DNA from: Leptospira sp.
Lineage (GTDB): Bacteria > Spirochaetota > Leptospiria > Leptospirales > Leptospiraceae
Reading direction: 5' to 3'
Length of the DNA stretch: 64,000 nucleotides
NCBI GenBank assembly: GCA_034439575.1
Contig: JAWXAQ010000015.1
Location: 176,705 to 240,704, forward strand
Below, piece after piece: positions 46,648-57,014 of the stretch (position 1 is its first letter; the number at the start of each line of letters is the position of its first letter). Under the pieces are notes generated by a model that was given only the letters and a program-made list of their open reading frames with translations, ran no database searches and was not told the origin of the DNA. Both the position numbers and the translations under genes were made by a program.

Positions 46648-47133
46648 ATGACAATCATTCACGGAATACAAATCAATCCAGACCTTGACTTACTTTTTGA
46701 AAGAGAAATCGATGTTCCAACTGAGTTAGTCTGGGCTGCCTGGACACAACCAGAGCATTTAAAAAAATGGTTCACACCAGCACCATGGAAAACGGTAGAT
46801 TGCGAAATCGAACTTAAAGCAGGTGGCATCTTTCGTACTGTTATGTTGTCCCCAGAAGGCCAAGAGATGAACAATGTCGGCTGTTATTTAGAAATCATTG
46901 AAAATAGAAAATTGGTTTTTACAGATACACTCCTTCCAGGTTTCAGACCATCAGAAAATCCATTTTTTACTGCGATAGTAATTTTCGAACCAACAAAGCT
47001 AGGAACAAAGTATGTCGCTATCGCAAGGCATGGTAAAGCTGAAACGTGCAAACAGCATAAAGATATGGGCTTTTTTGAAGGATGGGGGGCTGCCCTTGAT
47101 CAATTAGTAACACTCACAAAAACTATGAAGTGA
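46648..47133 (+). CDS. SRPBCC/AHSA1 family protein
   Basis: [35 protein letters not shown] before ATG 46648. Confidence 0.9.
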   Translation: MTIIHGIQINPDLDLLFEREIDVPTELVWAAWTQPEHLKKWFTPAPWKTVDCEIELKAGGIFRTVMLSPEGQEMNNVGCYLEIIENRKLVFTDTLLPGFRPSENPFFTAIVIFEPTKLGTKYVAIARHGKAETCKQHKDMGFFEGWGAALDQLVTLTKTMK

Positions 47134-47138
47134 ATTTG

Positions 47139-47566
47139 TTTAAATATTTTTTGGTATTCATTTAAAAAACATTTTTTGAAAGTCGGCTATTATTGCCGGC
47201 TTACTTATATAATCATACATTCCGGCGTCTAAACATCCTTCCTTTTCACCTAACACTATTCCTGCGGTCACGGCTTTGATCGGAACTTCTTTAACAGAAG
47301 GCAATACCGAATCAAAATATAATTTGCAACCCTTTCCAGATTCACTTTCAATAATAAGAAGACTACCCATCAATTTTAATAGGTTATTTGTTATGGATAA
47401 TCCGAGACCTGAGCCTGTATCTTTGACTATAAAACGTAAAAAAATATACTGATCTTCTTTTTGCTATAGTAATTTAATCTCAAAAGAAATAGAACCGTCC
47501 ATTGTAAATTTTACGGTATTTCCTAGTAAAATAACTAGAATTTGGTGAAGACAATTTGCATCTGCC
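47139..47566 (-). pseudogene. Hybrid histidine kinase/receiver remnant (copy 1)
   Basis: Fragments LHQILVILLGNTVKFT, DTGSGLGLSI, ESESGKG, CLDAGMYDYISKP, with stops and deletions. Confidence 0.8.
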
Positions 47567-47737
47567 ATAGTTTTAGAAAAGGAAAAGCATTTTATAATAA
47601 CGAGGCTACTTCCCACCAATGATGCATAAGACAAACTGGACCTTGTTGAAATGAATGCGATTTTGACAAATAGTTTGAAAACGATTCCCATTCAGGATTT
47701 AAAAGATAAATCCAAATGGTTGCAAGGTTGGATATGA
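47567..47737 (+). pseudogene. 5'-deleted copy of the TIGR02450-like Trp-rich gene
   Basis: Matches 51223-51393 but lacks the start codon and first ~21 codons. Confidence 0.75.
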
Positions 47738-48023
47738 ACTTTATGAATTTAACACTTCGTAGTTTTAGACACTCTTCAAATAAGACATATAGTGATGCAC
47801 TCGTCCATCCATTACAATCATAGACATTGAGTGATACTGTACCTTACCAATAGCCATGGAGTAGGAATTGCGGAAGAACCCAATTACCTGCAAACTTACT
47901 TAGCTCAATTTTTCAGGGGAATACAAAGAATCAAATGAGTTCGATTCAACAATTTTTTTAGTCCGAATGGATCAATCAGGTCGCTCTTAGTTAGGAACTG
48001 TGGTAAGCTTTAATTGAACAGGA

Positions 48024-48524
48024 GTGAACATCATGAATATTGTATTGAATTTTATTTCTCGCTGGATGACTTTTCTTGCCGTGATTGCGCTTGGTATTTC
48101 TGCTGGTGCCAGTCTAGCAGAGGAAGTACTACTTGTCCCATTCTGGCAGAGTATGAGCCCTATTGATTTTTATAAATGGTATGCAGCTAATGAGTCTAGG
48201 CTTGTGGCTTTCTATAGTCCTCTACAAATTTGGAGCACTGTTATTGCATTACTTGGATTCATATCGCTTTCTGTTAAGCGCGAAAGAAATCAATGGATGA
48301 TGCTTGTCGCAACAATTCTTTCCATTGCAGTTCTTGCTACATATTTTATTTATTTCAAAAATGCAAATGCTACATTTCTTGCGCAAACAATGAACGCCGA
48401 ACAATTGCAAATGTCAATTCAAACTTGGGGCAATTGGCAATGGATTCGTATCGCTTTACAGATTGGTGCATTCTGTTCAGCTGTTTATGCAATTAATATA
48501 AATCGCAATTCCACAATTGAATAA
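48024..48524 (+). CDS. DUF1772/anthrone oxygenase-like membrane protein
   Basis: Four TM helices, W..W.WIR C-terminal motif; AGGAG RBS. Confidence 0.65.
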   Translation: MNIMNIVLNFISRWMTFLAVIALGISAGASLAEEVLLVPFWQSMSPIDFYKWYAANESRLVAFYSPLQIWSTVIALLGFISLSVKRERNQWMMLVATILSIAVLATYFIYFKNANATFLAQTMNAEQLQMSIQTWGNWQWIRIALQIGAFCSAVYAININRNSTIE

Positions 48525-48632
48525 AATTTATGAATTCTATATCAGAAAAAATCGATTTTATTTCGTACGGTAAATTCGTGTTAGTGGATAAAAATAAAAT
48601 CCAGTTCAGTGGTTATTTTGGAATTACAGTTT

Positions 48633-48968
48633 ATGGATAAGCCAATAAATATAATACCTCGATTCAACGATCCTTTTCAAAAAGTTGAAGAATATTATAA
48701 TAATAGCCTACAACTCCAAAATTTTGGAGCCGTAATTAGGTTCGAGGATGAAAATTTACTGACAGTAACTGTTTCTCATCCAAATGAATTGCACCGAGGG
48801 GGAACAGGAATAGATTCAATGAATGGAGCTATCATCTCCTAAGAAATCATTGTTTATGCAAAGGTAAATCAAACGAAAAGAAATCTTATTGATTCAAAAG
48901 TTTGGGTATGCGACCGGAACAACAAAATTGCAGCATCAGCAGATGGTTTATTATTCACCATTTCCTAA
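48633..48968 (+). pseudogene. PaaI-like thioesterase pseudogene (internal deletion plus TAA)
   Basis: HRGG...MNGAIIS then TAA (48840-48842), followed in frame by EIIVYAKV...KVWVCDRNNKIAASADG; the central hot-dog segment is missing. Confidence 0.6.
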
Positions 48969-49016
48969 AAACATATTAATTTTCATCTCTAACCTGAGGT
49001 AATCCTTTTTGGTCTA

Positions 49017-50483
49017 TTAAGTTCCACAGAACGTCCGATAGTTGCCATCTCCCCCTCTCGGGACTTCATCTGCGTAATTATAGCCGATCTCCCGTGTGTA
49101 GGGCGACCGACTTCTTTCGATCAGTTGTTCGGCAATACTTATATGTCCTTGCTTTGCGTTCCCAAGGGCGATTTCTACGAGATGATTTCTAGGAATGAGA
49201 CTCGGATTGGTTTTTTGCATAAGGGTTATGGCATCTTCCTCGCGGATCCCACGTTTCTTTTTTTCCTCCATCCAAACATTCACCCAATCTTTCCATCGAG
49301 TATTGTTATAAATGGAATCCTTTGGTGAAAATACACCTTCCAATACAAGGAATGTATTTGTAAAATCGGCTTCCATGTCTTGCATCCATTGGTATAGGCT
49401 TTGCAGTAATGGTAAATCATTTTCAGTTAAATTAGGAATTCCTATTTTTTCACCTAACATATGTATGTAACTTATTTGAAACCAATTTTCCAATTCTTTT
49501 AATTTTGCTTTAGCCAATTCAATTGCAGTTTCCTGATTTGAATCTATAAGTGGTAGGAGGGAATTGGTAAGACAAGCTAGGTTCCACTGTGCGATTCCCA
49601 CTTGATTGGAAAATGAATAGCGTCCATTGGCATCGATGGAACTAAACACTCGTTTTGCGGAAAATCCATTCATAAAAGCACATGGACCATAGTCGATGGT
49701 TTCTCCTGATATACTCATATTGTCGGTATTCATCACTCCATGTATAAATCCCACTCTCATCCAATTGGTGATAAGGTTTACTTGACGCTTCATCACAAAA
49801 TCCAAAAACGAAAGAGCGGGATTCTCAGTTTGTAAAACTTCTGGTGAATGTCTATTTGCTGTGTATTGAAATATTGCCTCTAGTTCTTCAAAGGACAAAG
49901 TTTGATAAGCATATTCGAACGTTCCTACTCGAATATGGCTTTTTGCTACACGAGTCAAAACAGCCCCTTCCTGGGATTCTTCTCTTAAAACGGTCTCTCC
50001 CGTTCTGACAACCGCCAAACTTCGAGTTGTTGGTATTTTTAAGCCTGCCATCGCCTCACTCATGATATACTCTCGCACCATGGCACTGATTGTGGCTCGG
50101 CCATCACCGTTTCTAGAATACTTAGTCCTTCCTGAACCTTTCCATTGAAAATCAAATCGTTCCCCGTTTAGATTTTTGAATTCTCCCATCACGATTGTTC
50201 TACCATCACCTAATACTGTAAAATGTCCAAACTGATGGCCAGCATAGGCTTGTGCAAACGGCTGAATCCCTTCGGGAATACTTGTCCCTGAAAATAAATG
50301 AGCCGTAGACTCATCTTCTTTTTTCCAATGCGAAAATTGAAACTCAGATGCTAACGTTTCGTTCCAAAATATGACTTTTGGTGAAGATACGGGAGTGGGT
50401 TTAGTGAACTGGAAAAAGGAATTTGATAAGGAAGTATATGTGGCTTCGACTGGCGGAAGTGAAGAGAAGAAAGGAGATGGCAT
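49017..50483 (-). CDS. selO: Protein adenylyltransferase SelO (YdiU)
   Basis: AQAYAGHQFG, LGDGR, KGSGRT.YSR.GDGRA, GFIHGVMNTDN, IDYGP, TFCGT. Confidence 0.95.
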   Translation of the reverse strand: MPSPFFSSLPPVEATYTSLSNSFFQFTKPTPVSSPKVIFWNETLASEFQFSHWKKEDESTAHLFSGTSIPEGIQPFAQAYAGHQFGHFTVLGDGRTIVMGEFKNLNGERFDFQWKGSGRTKYSRNGDGRATISAMVREYIMSEAMAGLKIPTTRSLAVVRTGETVLREESQEGAVLTRVAKSHIRVGTFEYAYQTLSFEELEAIFQYTANRHSPEVLQTENPALSFLDFVMKRQVNLITNWMRVGFIHGVMNTDNMSISGETIDYGPCAFMNGFSAKRVFSSIDANGRYSFSNQVGIAQWNLACLTNSLLPLIDSNQETAIELAKAKLKELENWFQISYIHMLGEKIGIPNLTENDLPLLQSLYQWMQDMEADFTNTFLVLEGVFSPKDSIYNNTRWKDWVNVWMEEKKKRGIREEDAITLMQKTNPSLIPRNHLVEIALGNAKQGHISIAEQLIERSRSPYTREIGYNYADEVPRGGDGNYRTFCGT

Positions 50484-50634
50484 AGTATTTAGACCTTTAT
50501 ATTCTTTGAAAATAAATTTGTTTTTTGGTCAAATTCTTTGTTCTTATTTTTCATAAAATCCGAGGCGAGAAAGAATTGATTCAATGCGATCACCGAGATA
50601 TATCAGAGTGTGCTAAATGTAGAAATAACTCTAT

Positions 50635-51064
50635 TTAAATGATTTTTGCTAACCATTTAATAAACATTTTTTGAAAGTCAGCTATTATTGCCGGCTTAAT
50701 TATATAATCATTCATTCCCGCGTCTAAACATCCTTCCTTTTCACCTAATACTATTCCTGCAGTCACAGCTTTGATCGGAACTTCTTTATCAGAAGGCATA
50801 GTTCGAATCAAGATAGAATGTGCTACCCTTACCAGATTCACTTTCAATAATAAGATGACTACCCATCATTTTTAAAAGATTATTTGTTATGGATAATCTG
50901 AGACCTGAGCCTGTATCTTTGACTATAAAACGTAAAAAAATATACTGATCTTCTTTTTGCTCTAGTAATTTAATCTCAAAAGAAATAGAACGGTTCATTG
51001 TAAATTTTACGGCATTTCCTAGTAAATTAACTAGAATTTGGTGAAAACAGATTGCATCTGCCAT
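50635..51064 (-). pseudogene. Hybrid histidine kinase/receiver remnant (copy 2)
   Basis: QILVNLLGNAVKFT..VKDTGSG..MMG..ESESGKGSTF, frameshifted to PIKAVTA..CLDAGMNDYIIKP. Confidence 0.82.
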
Positions 51065-51159
51065 AGTTATAGAAAAAGGCCAACAATTTGCATACAATGC
51101 CCATTTTTGAGAGCAAATACCCACAATAGGTTATCTAATACAAAGTCAGACTAAGAAGA

Positions 51160-51393
51160 ATGAGAAATTTGAAAAACCAAATCAATCCACGTAAGCTCCT
51201 TTTATCAAAATGGACTTCTGTTATAGTTTTAGAAAAGGAAAAGCATTTTATAATAACGAGGCTACTTCCCACCAATGATGCATCAGACAAACTGGACTTT
51301 GTTGAAATGGAGGCGATTTTGACAAATAGTTTGAAAACGATTCCTATTCAGGATTTAAAAGAAAAATCCAAATGGTTGCCAGGTTGGATATGA
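51160..51393 (+). CDS. TIGR02450-like Trp-rich small protein
   Basis: INPRKLLLSKWT...EKHF...W..GW signature. Confidence 0.8.
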   Translation: MRNLKNQINPRKLLLSKWTSVIVLEKEKHFIITRLLPTNDASDKLDFVEMEAILTNSLKTIPIQDLKEKSKWLPGWI

Positions 51394-51773
51394 ACTTTAT
51401 GAAATTAACACTTTGTAGTTTTAGACACTCTTCAAATAAGACTTATAGTGATATTATTCATTAAAGACAGCAGGCTACCGGATAACTGTTGTCACAACTA
51501 TTTCAACTAGCAGTACCCGAATTGTTAGTTGCACATACATAAATTTGATTTTGATCTGATTTAGAAAGATACCAAAATCCAAACCTTGCCCATTTAAAAA
51601 TAAAGTCCAATGCTTCTGGACAATGCGAAATATGAAAAGTTTGGCTCATTCTGCAAATAAGATAAGGCAAAATGAAATTTCTTGCCTTGAAATCTCGGAG
51701 ATATTCTTAACTCATTTGCATAGAATTTCAATACAATTATCCATTGCAGGGAAAAATCATTTTATAGTTTTAC

Positions 51774-53372
51774 CTATTTTTTATCAAATTCAATCACCAA
51801 AATGCTCATTTTATCCAATTGTGTTTCTTTAGATGCCAATTCGATGTAATCGCCACCTTCACCTAATGTTACTTTTGTGCTAATAGATCCCGAAAAGGCT
51901 TGTTTCAATTTTTCACTATATGTTTTGCCATTCATTTGATTGATTTTTGAATTTAAATTTTCATAATCGAGATTTTTAGAGGAAAGCACGACTGCGATTG
52001 AATCTCGTTCCCCTATCCTATCTGCTTCGAGACTTTGTTTTCTAGGAAAGGTGCGCACACCACCAGGACCGCAATAGGGAGAATGAGATTTGTTATAAGG
52101 GAATAAAACATAAGAACTATTATCCGTTTCTTGTCCAAATATATAAACATAAGTTGGTGCCTCGTTCGTTACAGCCACTTTGAACCTCGTACCTTTCAAA
52201 ATTGGATTTGTAGTTCTATATGTGAATTCACCTACTTTTGTTAGTTTAATAAATTTTTTAGACGTATTTTCTACGAGTCCAAATTTTAAATTGCGAACAT
52301 CATTTGCTTTGGGTTTTGCAATTGGGTAAACGGAGTATGCTTCCCGTATGAATTGATTAAAGTCTTCATAACGTAACCAAAAAGTGCCCTGATCTCCCCA
52401 GTCCATTCCCCAAGAGTTCATCACCTGCACAGCTCCGCCTTCTAAATCGTCGTCATAGCCAATGGCTGTCATGGCATGACCTCCCCAATCTTCAGGTTCA
52501 TTTCCACCAGATGCTTTATATTTTTTAGCAGATTCATAATCAGCAAATTTTGGTATCCATACTTTGCCACCAAATTCATTAAAACTTCCACCGACATTCA
52601 TCGAAATAATAACAGGTGCTCCATGAGATAGATATTGTTTGACTGAATTGACATCTGTGTCATAATCTTCACCATCAACAGTTAACCTTTGATAGCCGTC
52701 AATTTTGTATGCCTTTGCCATTTCTTTATGACTTGCATTTGGTTTTTTACGGCAGGAATTTTCATTATAAGGAAATTCTTCATACGGCAAATTTCCTTCT
52801 TTTTTTAGATCTTCAAGTAAGTCTGATGGATAGGCCCCATTGCACTTAGCATCTGTATTTTGATTAAAAAGATAGGCTGGACTAAAAGCAATTTCATCGG
52901 GATTTTCACCAGTTAACTTTGCTTGTAGTATAGTTCTCGCTGCATAAGAAACGGCCCAGCCCGTACAAGAACCTTGGTCTCCTTGATTTTTTCTCTTAGG
53001 CGCATACTTAAGTAGAGAATACTTAGAGGGTAATTCGTTACCATATCCTTCCGCTAGTGGTTCATAGACTTTGGCCGCGGCATATTTCTTTTGATCAAAG
53101 CGAGATCCCATAGCTCGGTGGAGTGATTTTGAATTCTCTCTTTGCTCTGTTTTTTCTGCATCACTTTCATATTCTGTATCACCAAAACAAAGAAAGGAGC
53201 CGAATAACAAACCTGCTACCAAAAGGACAGGAATCATTACTTTCGGATATTTGAATATAGCTGCAAATACGATTCCAATAATTGCAAATAACCAAAAACT
53301 AGATGACTCTGACTTATTTTCTTTTTTTTCATCATCATTATTGTCTTTATCATTTGTCATTCGAATAGGCAT
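51774..53372 (-). CDS. Membrane-anchored C1 (papain-like) cysteine peptidase with C-terminal DUF4384-like domain
   Basis: QGDQGSCTGWA, GGHAM..IGYDD, NSWG.DWG. Confidence 0.88.
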   Translation of the reverse strand: MPIRMTNDKDNNDDEKKENKSESSSFWLFAIIGIVFAAIFKYPKVMIPVLLVAGLLFGSFLCFGDTEYESDAEKTEQRENSKSLHRAMGSRFDQKKYAAAKVYEPLAEGYGNELPSKYSLLKYAPKRKNQGDQGSCTGWAVSYAARTILQAKLTGENPDEIAFSPAYLFNQNTDAKCNGAYPSDLLEDLKKEGNLPYEEFPYNENSCRKKPNASHKEMAKAYKIDGYQRLTVDGEDYDTDVNSVKQYLSHGAPVIISMNVGGSFNEFGGKVWIPKFADYESAKKYKASGGNEPEDWGGHAMTAIGYDDDLEGGAVQVMNSWGMDWGDQGTFWLRYEDFNQFIREAYSVYPIAKPKANDVRNLKFGLVENTSKKFIKLTKVGEFTYRTTNPILKGTRFKVAVTNEAPTYVYIFGQETDNSSYVLFPYNKSHSPYCGPGGVRTFPRKQSLEADRIGERDSIAVVLSSKNLDYENLNSKINQMNGKTYSEKLKQAFSGSISTKVTLGEGGDYIELASKETQLDKMSILVIEFDKK

Positions 53373-53466
53373 GGATTAAATCTCCCTTAAGTGGATAGAT
53401 CTCATTATAAAAATGTTTTGAGTCAATGGGAAAATAAATTTTAAATCAGTGAATTGTCGTCTGTTA

Positions 53467-53853
53467 CTAATTTTCTAATTTCTTAAGGATGGGACAATCA
53501 GGTCTGTGATCACCATGACAATTATGAATTAAAAGTTTCAAAGTGTTCGTCATGTCTTGGATCTGTTTCAATTTTAATTCCAATTCCGACAAATGTTTTG
53601 TAGCTAGGGCTTTTACTTGTTTGCTACTTCTAGATTTATTTTTCCAAAGACCTAACAAATCTTTTATGGTTTCTAATGAAAATCCGAGTTCACGAGAACG
53701 TTTGATAAATCTTAAATAATGAATATCATCTTCAAGATAGAAACGATAACCATTTTCACTCCGACCTGCCTCTTTAATCAGACCGATCTCTTCATAATGG
53801 CGAATTAATTTTGAACTGACTCCGGATTCCTTAGAAAGTTGTCCAATATTCAT
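53467..53853 (-). CDS. cueR: Cu(I)-responsive MerR family regulator
   Basis: MNIGQLS..SGV..IRHYE; CHGDHRPDCPIL metal-binding loop. Confidence 0.93.
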   Translation of the reverse strand: MNIGQLSKESGVSSKLIRHYEEIGLIKEAGRSENGYRFYLEDDIHYLRFIKRSRELGFSLETIKDLLGLWKNKSRSSKQVKALATKHLSELELKLKQIQDMTNTLKLLIHNCHGDHRPDCPILKKLEN

Positions 53854-53917
53854 AAAATATCTCCTTCCAAAAATTGAAAAAAAATTCCTAAATTGTGATT
53901 TTTTTTTAAAACGCCTA

Positions 53918-53948
53918 TTGACCTTCCAATAGTTGTAAGGTTTAGACT
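53918..53948 (+). promoter_or_regulatory. CueR-dependent promoter with CueR box
   Basis: TTGACC-19 nt-TAGACT with ACCTTCC-N7-GTAAGGT dyad (53921-53941). Confidence 0.88.
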
Positions 53949-53976
53949 AGGTAACATGTTCACAAAAGGAGTCAAC

Positions 53977-54396
53977 ATGAAACTAAATCAAGAGCTAATC
54001 TGCACAGCGATTTTTCTAAGTGTCGCTATTTCTCCCCTATTCGCACATGGGGAACACAAACCAGGACCTCACGGCGGCGAAATTCGTATGCCCGGAGCAT
54101 TCCACACCGAAGTTTCCAGTTATAAAGACTTAGGATTTAAAGTTTATCTACTTGATATTAATTTTGAAAATCCAATCTCAAAAGATTCTTATGTACAAGG
54201 AAAGGTGCTTTCCAAAGGAAAAGAAATCGCTTTAAAATGTTCCACCCATCCAGATCATTTTTATTGTGAATTTCCAAAAGGTATTTCATTGAATGAGGGA
54301 GAACTTATTCTATCCCCAACTCGCGCTGGAAACAAAGGTGCTGAAGCAAAATACAAACTTCCATTAAATGAATCAAAGGAGCATAATCATGGTTAA
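53977..54396 (+). CDS. Exported His-rich protein in the CueR operon
   Basis: AGGAG RBS, signal peptide, mature N-terminus HGEHKPGPHGG. Confidence 0.75.
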   Translation: MKLNQELICTAIFLSVAISPLFAHGEHKPGPHGGEIRMPGAFHTEVSSYKDLGFKVYLLDINFENPISKDSYVQGKVLSKGKEIALKCSTHPDHFYCEFPKGISLNEGELILSPTRAGNKGAEAKYKLPLNESKEHNHG

Positions 54397-54592
54397 TTAC
54401 GAAATTTCTGGTATGACTTGCAATCATTGCAAAATGACTGTCGAAAAAACATTTAAAGCATTGGGTAAAGATGCCAAAGCTGATGTTGATAATGAAATCG
54501 TCTCTTTAAATGATTCATTATCACCGAGCGAATACGAATTGGTCCAAAAAAAATTGGACGAGGAAGGTTATACTCTTGGAAACGCTAAATAA
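54389..54592 (+). CDS. copZ: Copper chaperone (HMA domain)
   Basis: GMTCNHC motif, 67 aa. Confidence 0.88.
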   Translation: MVNYEISGMTCNHCKMTVEKTFKALGKDAKADVDNEIVSLNDSLSPSEYELVQKKLDEEGYTLGNAK

Positions 54593-56798
54593 ACCTAACC
54601 AAGAAACCAACATCCAACGTGAATTCACGTTGGATGTTTTTGGTATGACATGTGCCAACTGTGCACTACGTATAGAAAAAGGACTTTCTAAGTTAGCTGG
54701 TGTGAATGAAGTTCGCGTCAATTTTGCTCGCGAATCTATATTTCTAAAAACAGAATCCGACCTAACTGACAAAAAAATATTTGAACAAATTGAATCCCTA
54801 GGTTATACAGCAAGTGCACACAATGAAAATCAATATTCAGAAACAGAAAAGAAACAAAAAGCTTATGTTAGAAATCTTAAAATAAGATTTTTTCTCTCAT
54901 CTCTTTTTTCTCTTCCACTTTTTTATGGAATGGTAACTCATTTTGAATTTTTGAATTTTTTGCCTATGCCTCACTTACTTATGGATAGGTGGGTACAAGC
55001 GATTCTTGCCGCTCCCGTCCAATTCATAATAGGATTTCCTTTTTACCAATCTGCATACCGCGCTCTCCGAAACAAAACCGCAAACATGGATGTATTGGTT
55101 GTGCTAGGAACTTCGTCTGCATATGGTTATAGTTTGGTGGGAAAAGATTTGTATTTTGAAACATCAGCCATCCTCATCACATTTATCCTTGCTGGCAAAT
55201 GGATAGAACATGTTGCCAAGGGAAAAAGTAGTGATGGAATCAATGCCTTATTAAAACTTCGGCCAGAAACAGCCCTTGTAAAAAACAATGACATATGGTC
55301 TGTAGTACCGAGCGAATTTTTAAAAGTTGGCGATTTCATTCAAGTGAAAGCAGGCGAAAAATTCCCCGTGGATGGCAAGATAGAAGAAGGGGAAAGTTTT
55401 GTCGACGAATCTATGTTAACCGGAGAAAGTCTACCTGTTGACAAAAGAAAGGGAGATTTGGTGCTTGGTGGTACTGTCAATGGGAATGGCACTCTCATTT
55501 TTAGTGCGACGAAAGTTGGAAACCAAACGACTCTTTCTTCCATTATTAAATCTGTTGAAGATTCACTAGGAACAAAAGCACCGATACAACGCATTGCCGA
55601 TGAAATCTCTGCTTACTTTGTTCCCGCAGTTGTTCTCATCAGTATCATAGATTTTTTTGTATGGTATTTTTTCTTGAACCCTTATGTGATTACAACAGCA
55701 CTGGAAACTTCTATCGCTATTCTTGTCATCGCTTGTCCATGTGCCTTGGGACTCGCCACACCCATATCTTTGTTAGTTGGCACTGGTAGAGCCGCCAAAA
55801 AAGGGATCCTATTTCGAAGTGCGGAAGCATTAGAATCAGTATCTAAAATCAATCTGATTGGATTTGACAAAACGGGGACTTTGACAGAAGGAAAACCTCA
55901 TGTTGTTAGTATCATTAATGATTTAAATTTGAACGAAGATGAATATTCTGAAATTCTAATGAATGTCATTTCGATTGAAAAAAGTTCCGACCATCCTCTT
56001 GCGAAAGCAATAGTATCTTATGGTAATTCTAAAAATATTCAATCTACAGAAAGTGTATTGACAAATACCGTCGTCGGCGGTGGGATTCAAACTAAAATTG
56101 ATGGAAATGAATATTTTATCGGTAAACGTTCGTATGTTGAATCGAATGGTATCATCATTTCAGACTATATAGAATCCACAGTTAACACTTGGAATGAAAA
56201 TGGGGTCACTCCTGTTTATGTAGGTATCAAAGGAAAAAGAAGTGGTATCATTGCATTTGGAATCGAAGACACACTTCGACAAGATGCCAAGGATGCTATC
56301 ACTGACTTAAGATCCATCGGCGTAGAACCCATGTTACTCACAGGTGACACAATTGCTTCTGCGGAAAAAATCTCCAAAATGGTAGGCATCACAAATATTT
56401 TTGCTGCCTTACTTCCAACAGAAAAAGCTAAGATTCTAAAACGAATGATGTCAAACACTACTTATGTGGCGATGGTCGGAGATGGTATCAATGATGCACC
56501 AGCTCTCGCCACTGCCAATGTGGGTATCGCTATGGGAACAGGATCTGATGTAGCAATCAGTACAGCAGATGTAATCCTTGTCAAAGGTGATATCCGTCGC
56601 ATTGTAGACTTGATACGAATTGGAAAAGATACAGTGATAAACATTCGCCAAAACTTTGTTTGGGCTCTTGGTTATAATTTAATCGGAATACCAATTGCCG
56701 CATCTGGACTCCTTGCACCTTGGGTCAGTGGCGCGGCTATGGCCTTTAGTTCCGTATCTGTTGTGTTAAATGCACTTCGAATGAGTCTGAAGAAATAG
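54576..56798 (+). CDS. copA: Cu(I)-translocating P1B-type ATPase
   Basis: [40 protein letters not shown] start after GAGGAAGG (ORF open from 54510). Confidence 0.95.
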   Translation: METLNKPNQETNIQREFTLDVFGMTCANCALRIEKGLSKLAGVNEVRVNFARESIFLKTESDLTDKKIFEQIESLGYTASAHNENQYSETEKKQKAYVRNLKIRFFLSSLFSLPLFYGMVTHFEFLNFLPMPHLLMDRWVQAILAAPVQFIIGFPFYQSAYRALRNKTANMDVLVVLGTSSAYGYSLVGKDLYFETSAILITFILAGKWIEHVAKGKSSDGINALLKLRPETALVKNNDIWSVVPSEFLKVGDFIQVKAGEKFPVDGKIEEGESFVDESMLTGESLPVDKRKGDLVLGGTVNGNGTLIFSATKVGNQTTLSSIIKSVEDSLGTKAPIQRIADEISAYFVPAVVLISIIDFFVWYFFLNPYVITTALETSIAILVIACPCALGLATPISLLVGTGRAAKKGILFRSAEALESVSKINLIGFDKTGTLTEGKPHVVSIINDLNLNEDEYSEILMNVISIEKSSDHPLAKAIVSYGNSKNIQSTESVLTNTVVGGGIQTKIDGNEYFIGKRSYVESNGIIISDYIESTVNTWNENGVTPVYVGIKGKRSGIIAFGIEDTLRQDAKDAITDLRSIGVEPMLLTGDTIASAEKISKMVGITNIFAALLPTEKAKILKRMMSNTTYVAMVGDGINDAPALATANVGIAMGTGSDVAISTADVILVKGDIRRIVDLIRIGKDTVINIRQNFVWALGYNLIGIPIAASGLLAPWVSGAAMAFSSVSVVLNALRMSLKK

Positions 56799-56942
56799 AA
56801 CGAATATTAAAAGATAATTCAAGGAGTCATTATTTAAGTAAAATAAAACTCAAATGTATTTAATTTTTTAAATCCAGGGCGCCATATTCTTGTTATCCGT
56901 TGGACGCCTCGGATTTTTTCTTTTAACCTCATTTTTTTGATC

Positions 56943-57006
56943 ACACCGACCGGGCTTTCCGCTTCAATCTTCGCTTCGCTTCGATTTCCACTGCAATCCC
57001 TGGCGC
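56943..57006. repeat. REP-like structured intergenic element
   Basis: GC-rich GACCGGGCTTTCCGCTTCAATC...GATTTCCACTGCAATCCCTGGCGC between convergent genes, with an internal TTTCCRCTKCAATC direct repeat. Confidence 0.5.
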
Positions 57007-57014
57007 AATTGCTT

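Larger units (their letters stand above)
47139..47796. repeat. Copy 1 of a diverged direct duplication (partner at 50634-51452)
   Basis: Aligns by eye along its length with 50634-51452, apart from a ~160-bp deletion. Confidence 0.9.
50634..51452. repeat. Copy 2 of the diverged direct duplication
   Basis: Same sequence as 47139-47796 plus the ~160-bp segment absent from copy 1. Confidence 0.9.

Noticed and set aside
48840-48842. Programmed stop-codon readthrough in the PaaI-like gene
   Set aside because: The stop is TAA and the central fold segment is missing, so readthrough would not restore the protein; pseudogene is simpler
49017-49034. Selenocysteine in SelO
   Set aside because: The C-terminal residue is encoded by TGT (Cys) and the gene ends at TAA; there is no in-frame TGA
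47139-51452. The duplication as a DGR TR/VR pair or as IS/composite-transposon ends
   Set aside because: Mismatches involve several base types, the repeat consists of decayed host genes, and no transposase or terminal inverted repeats are visible
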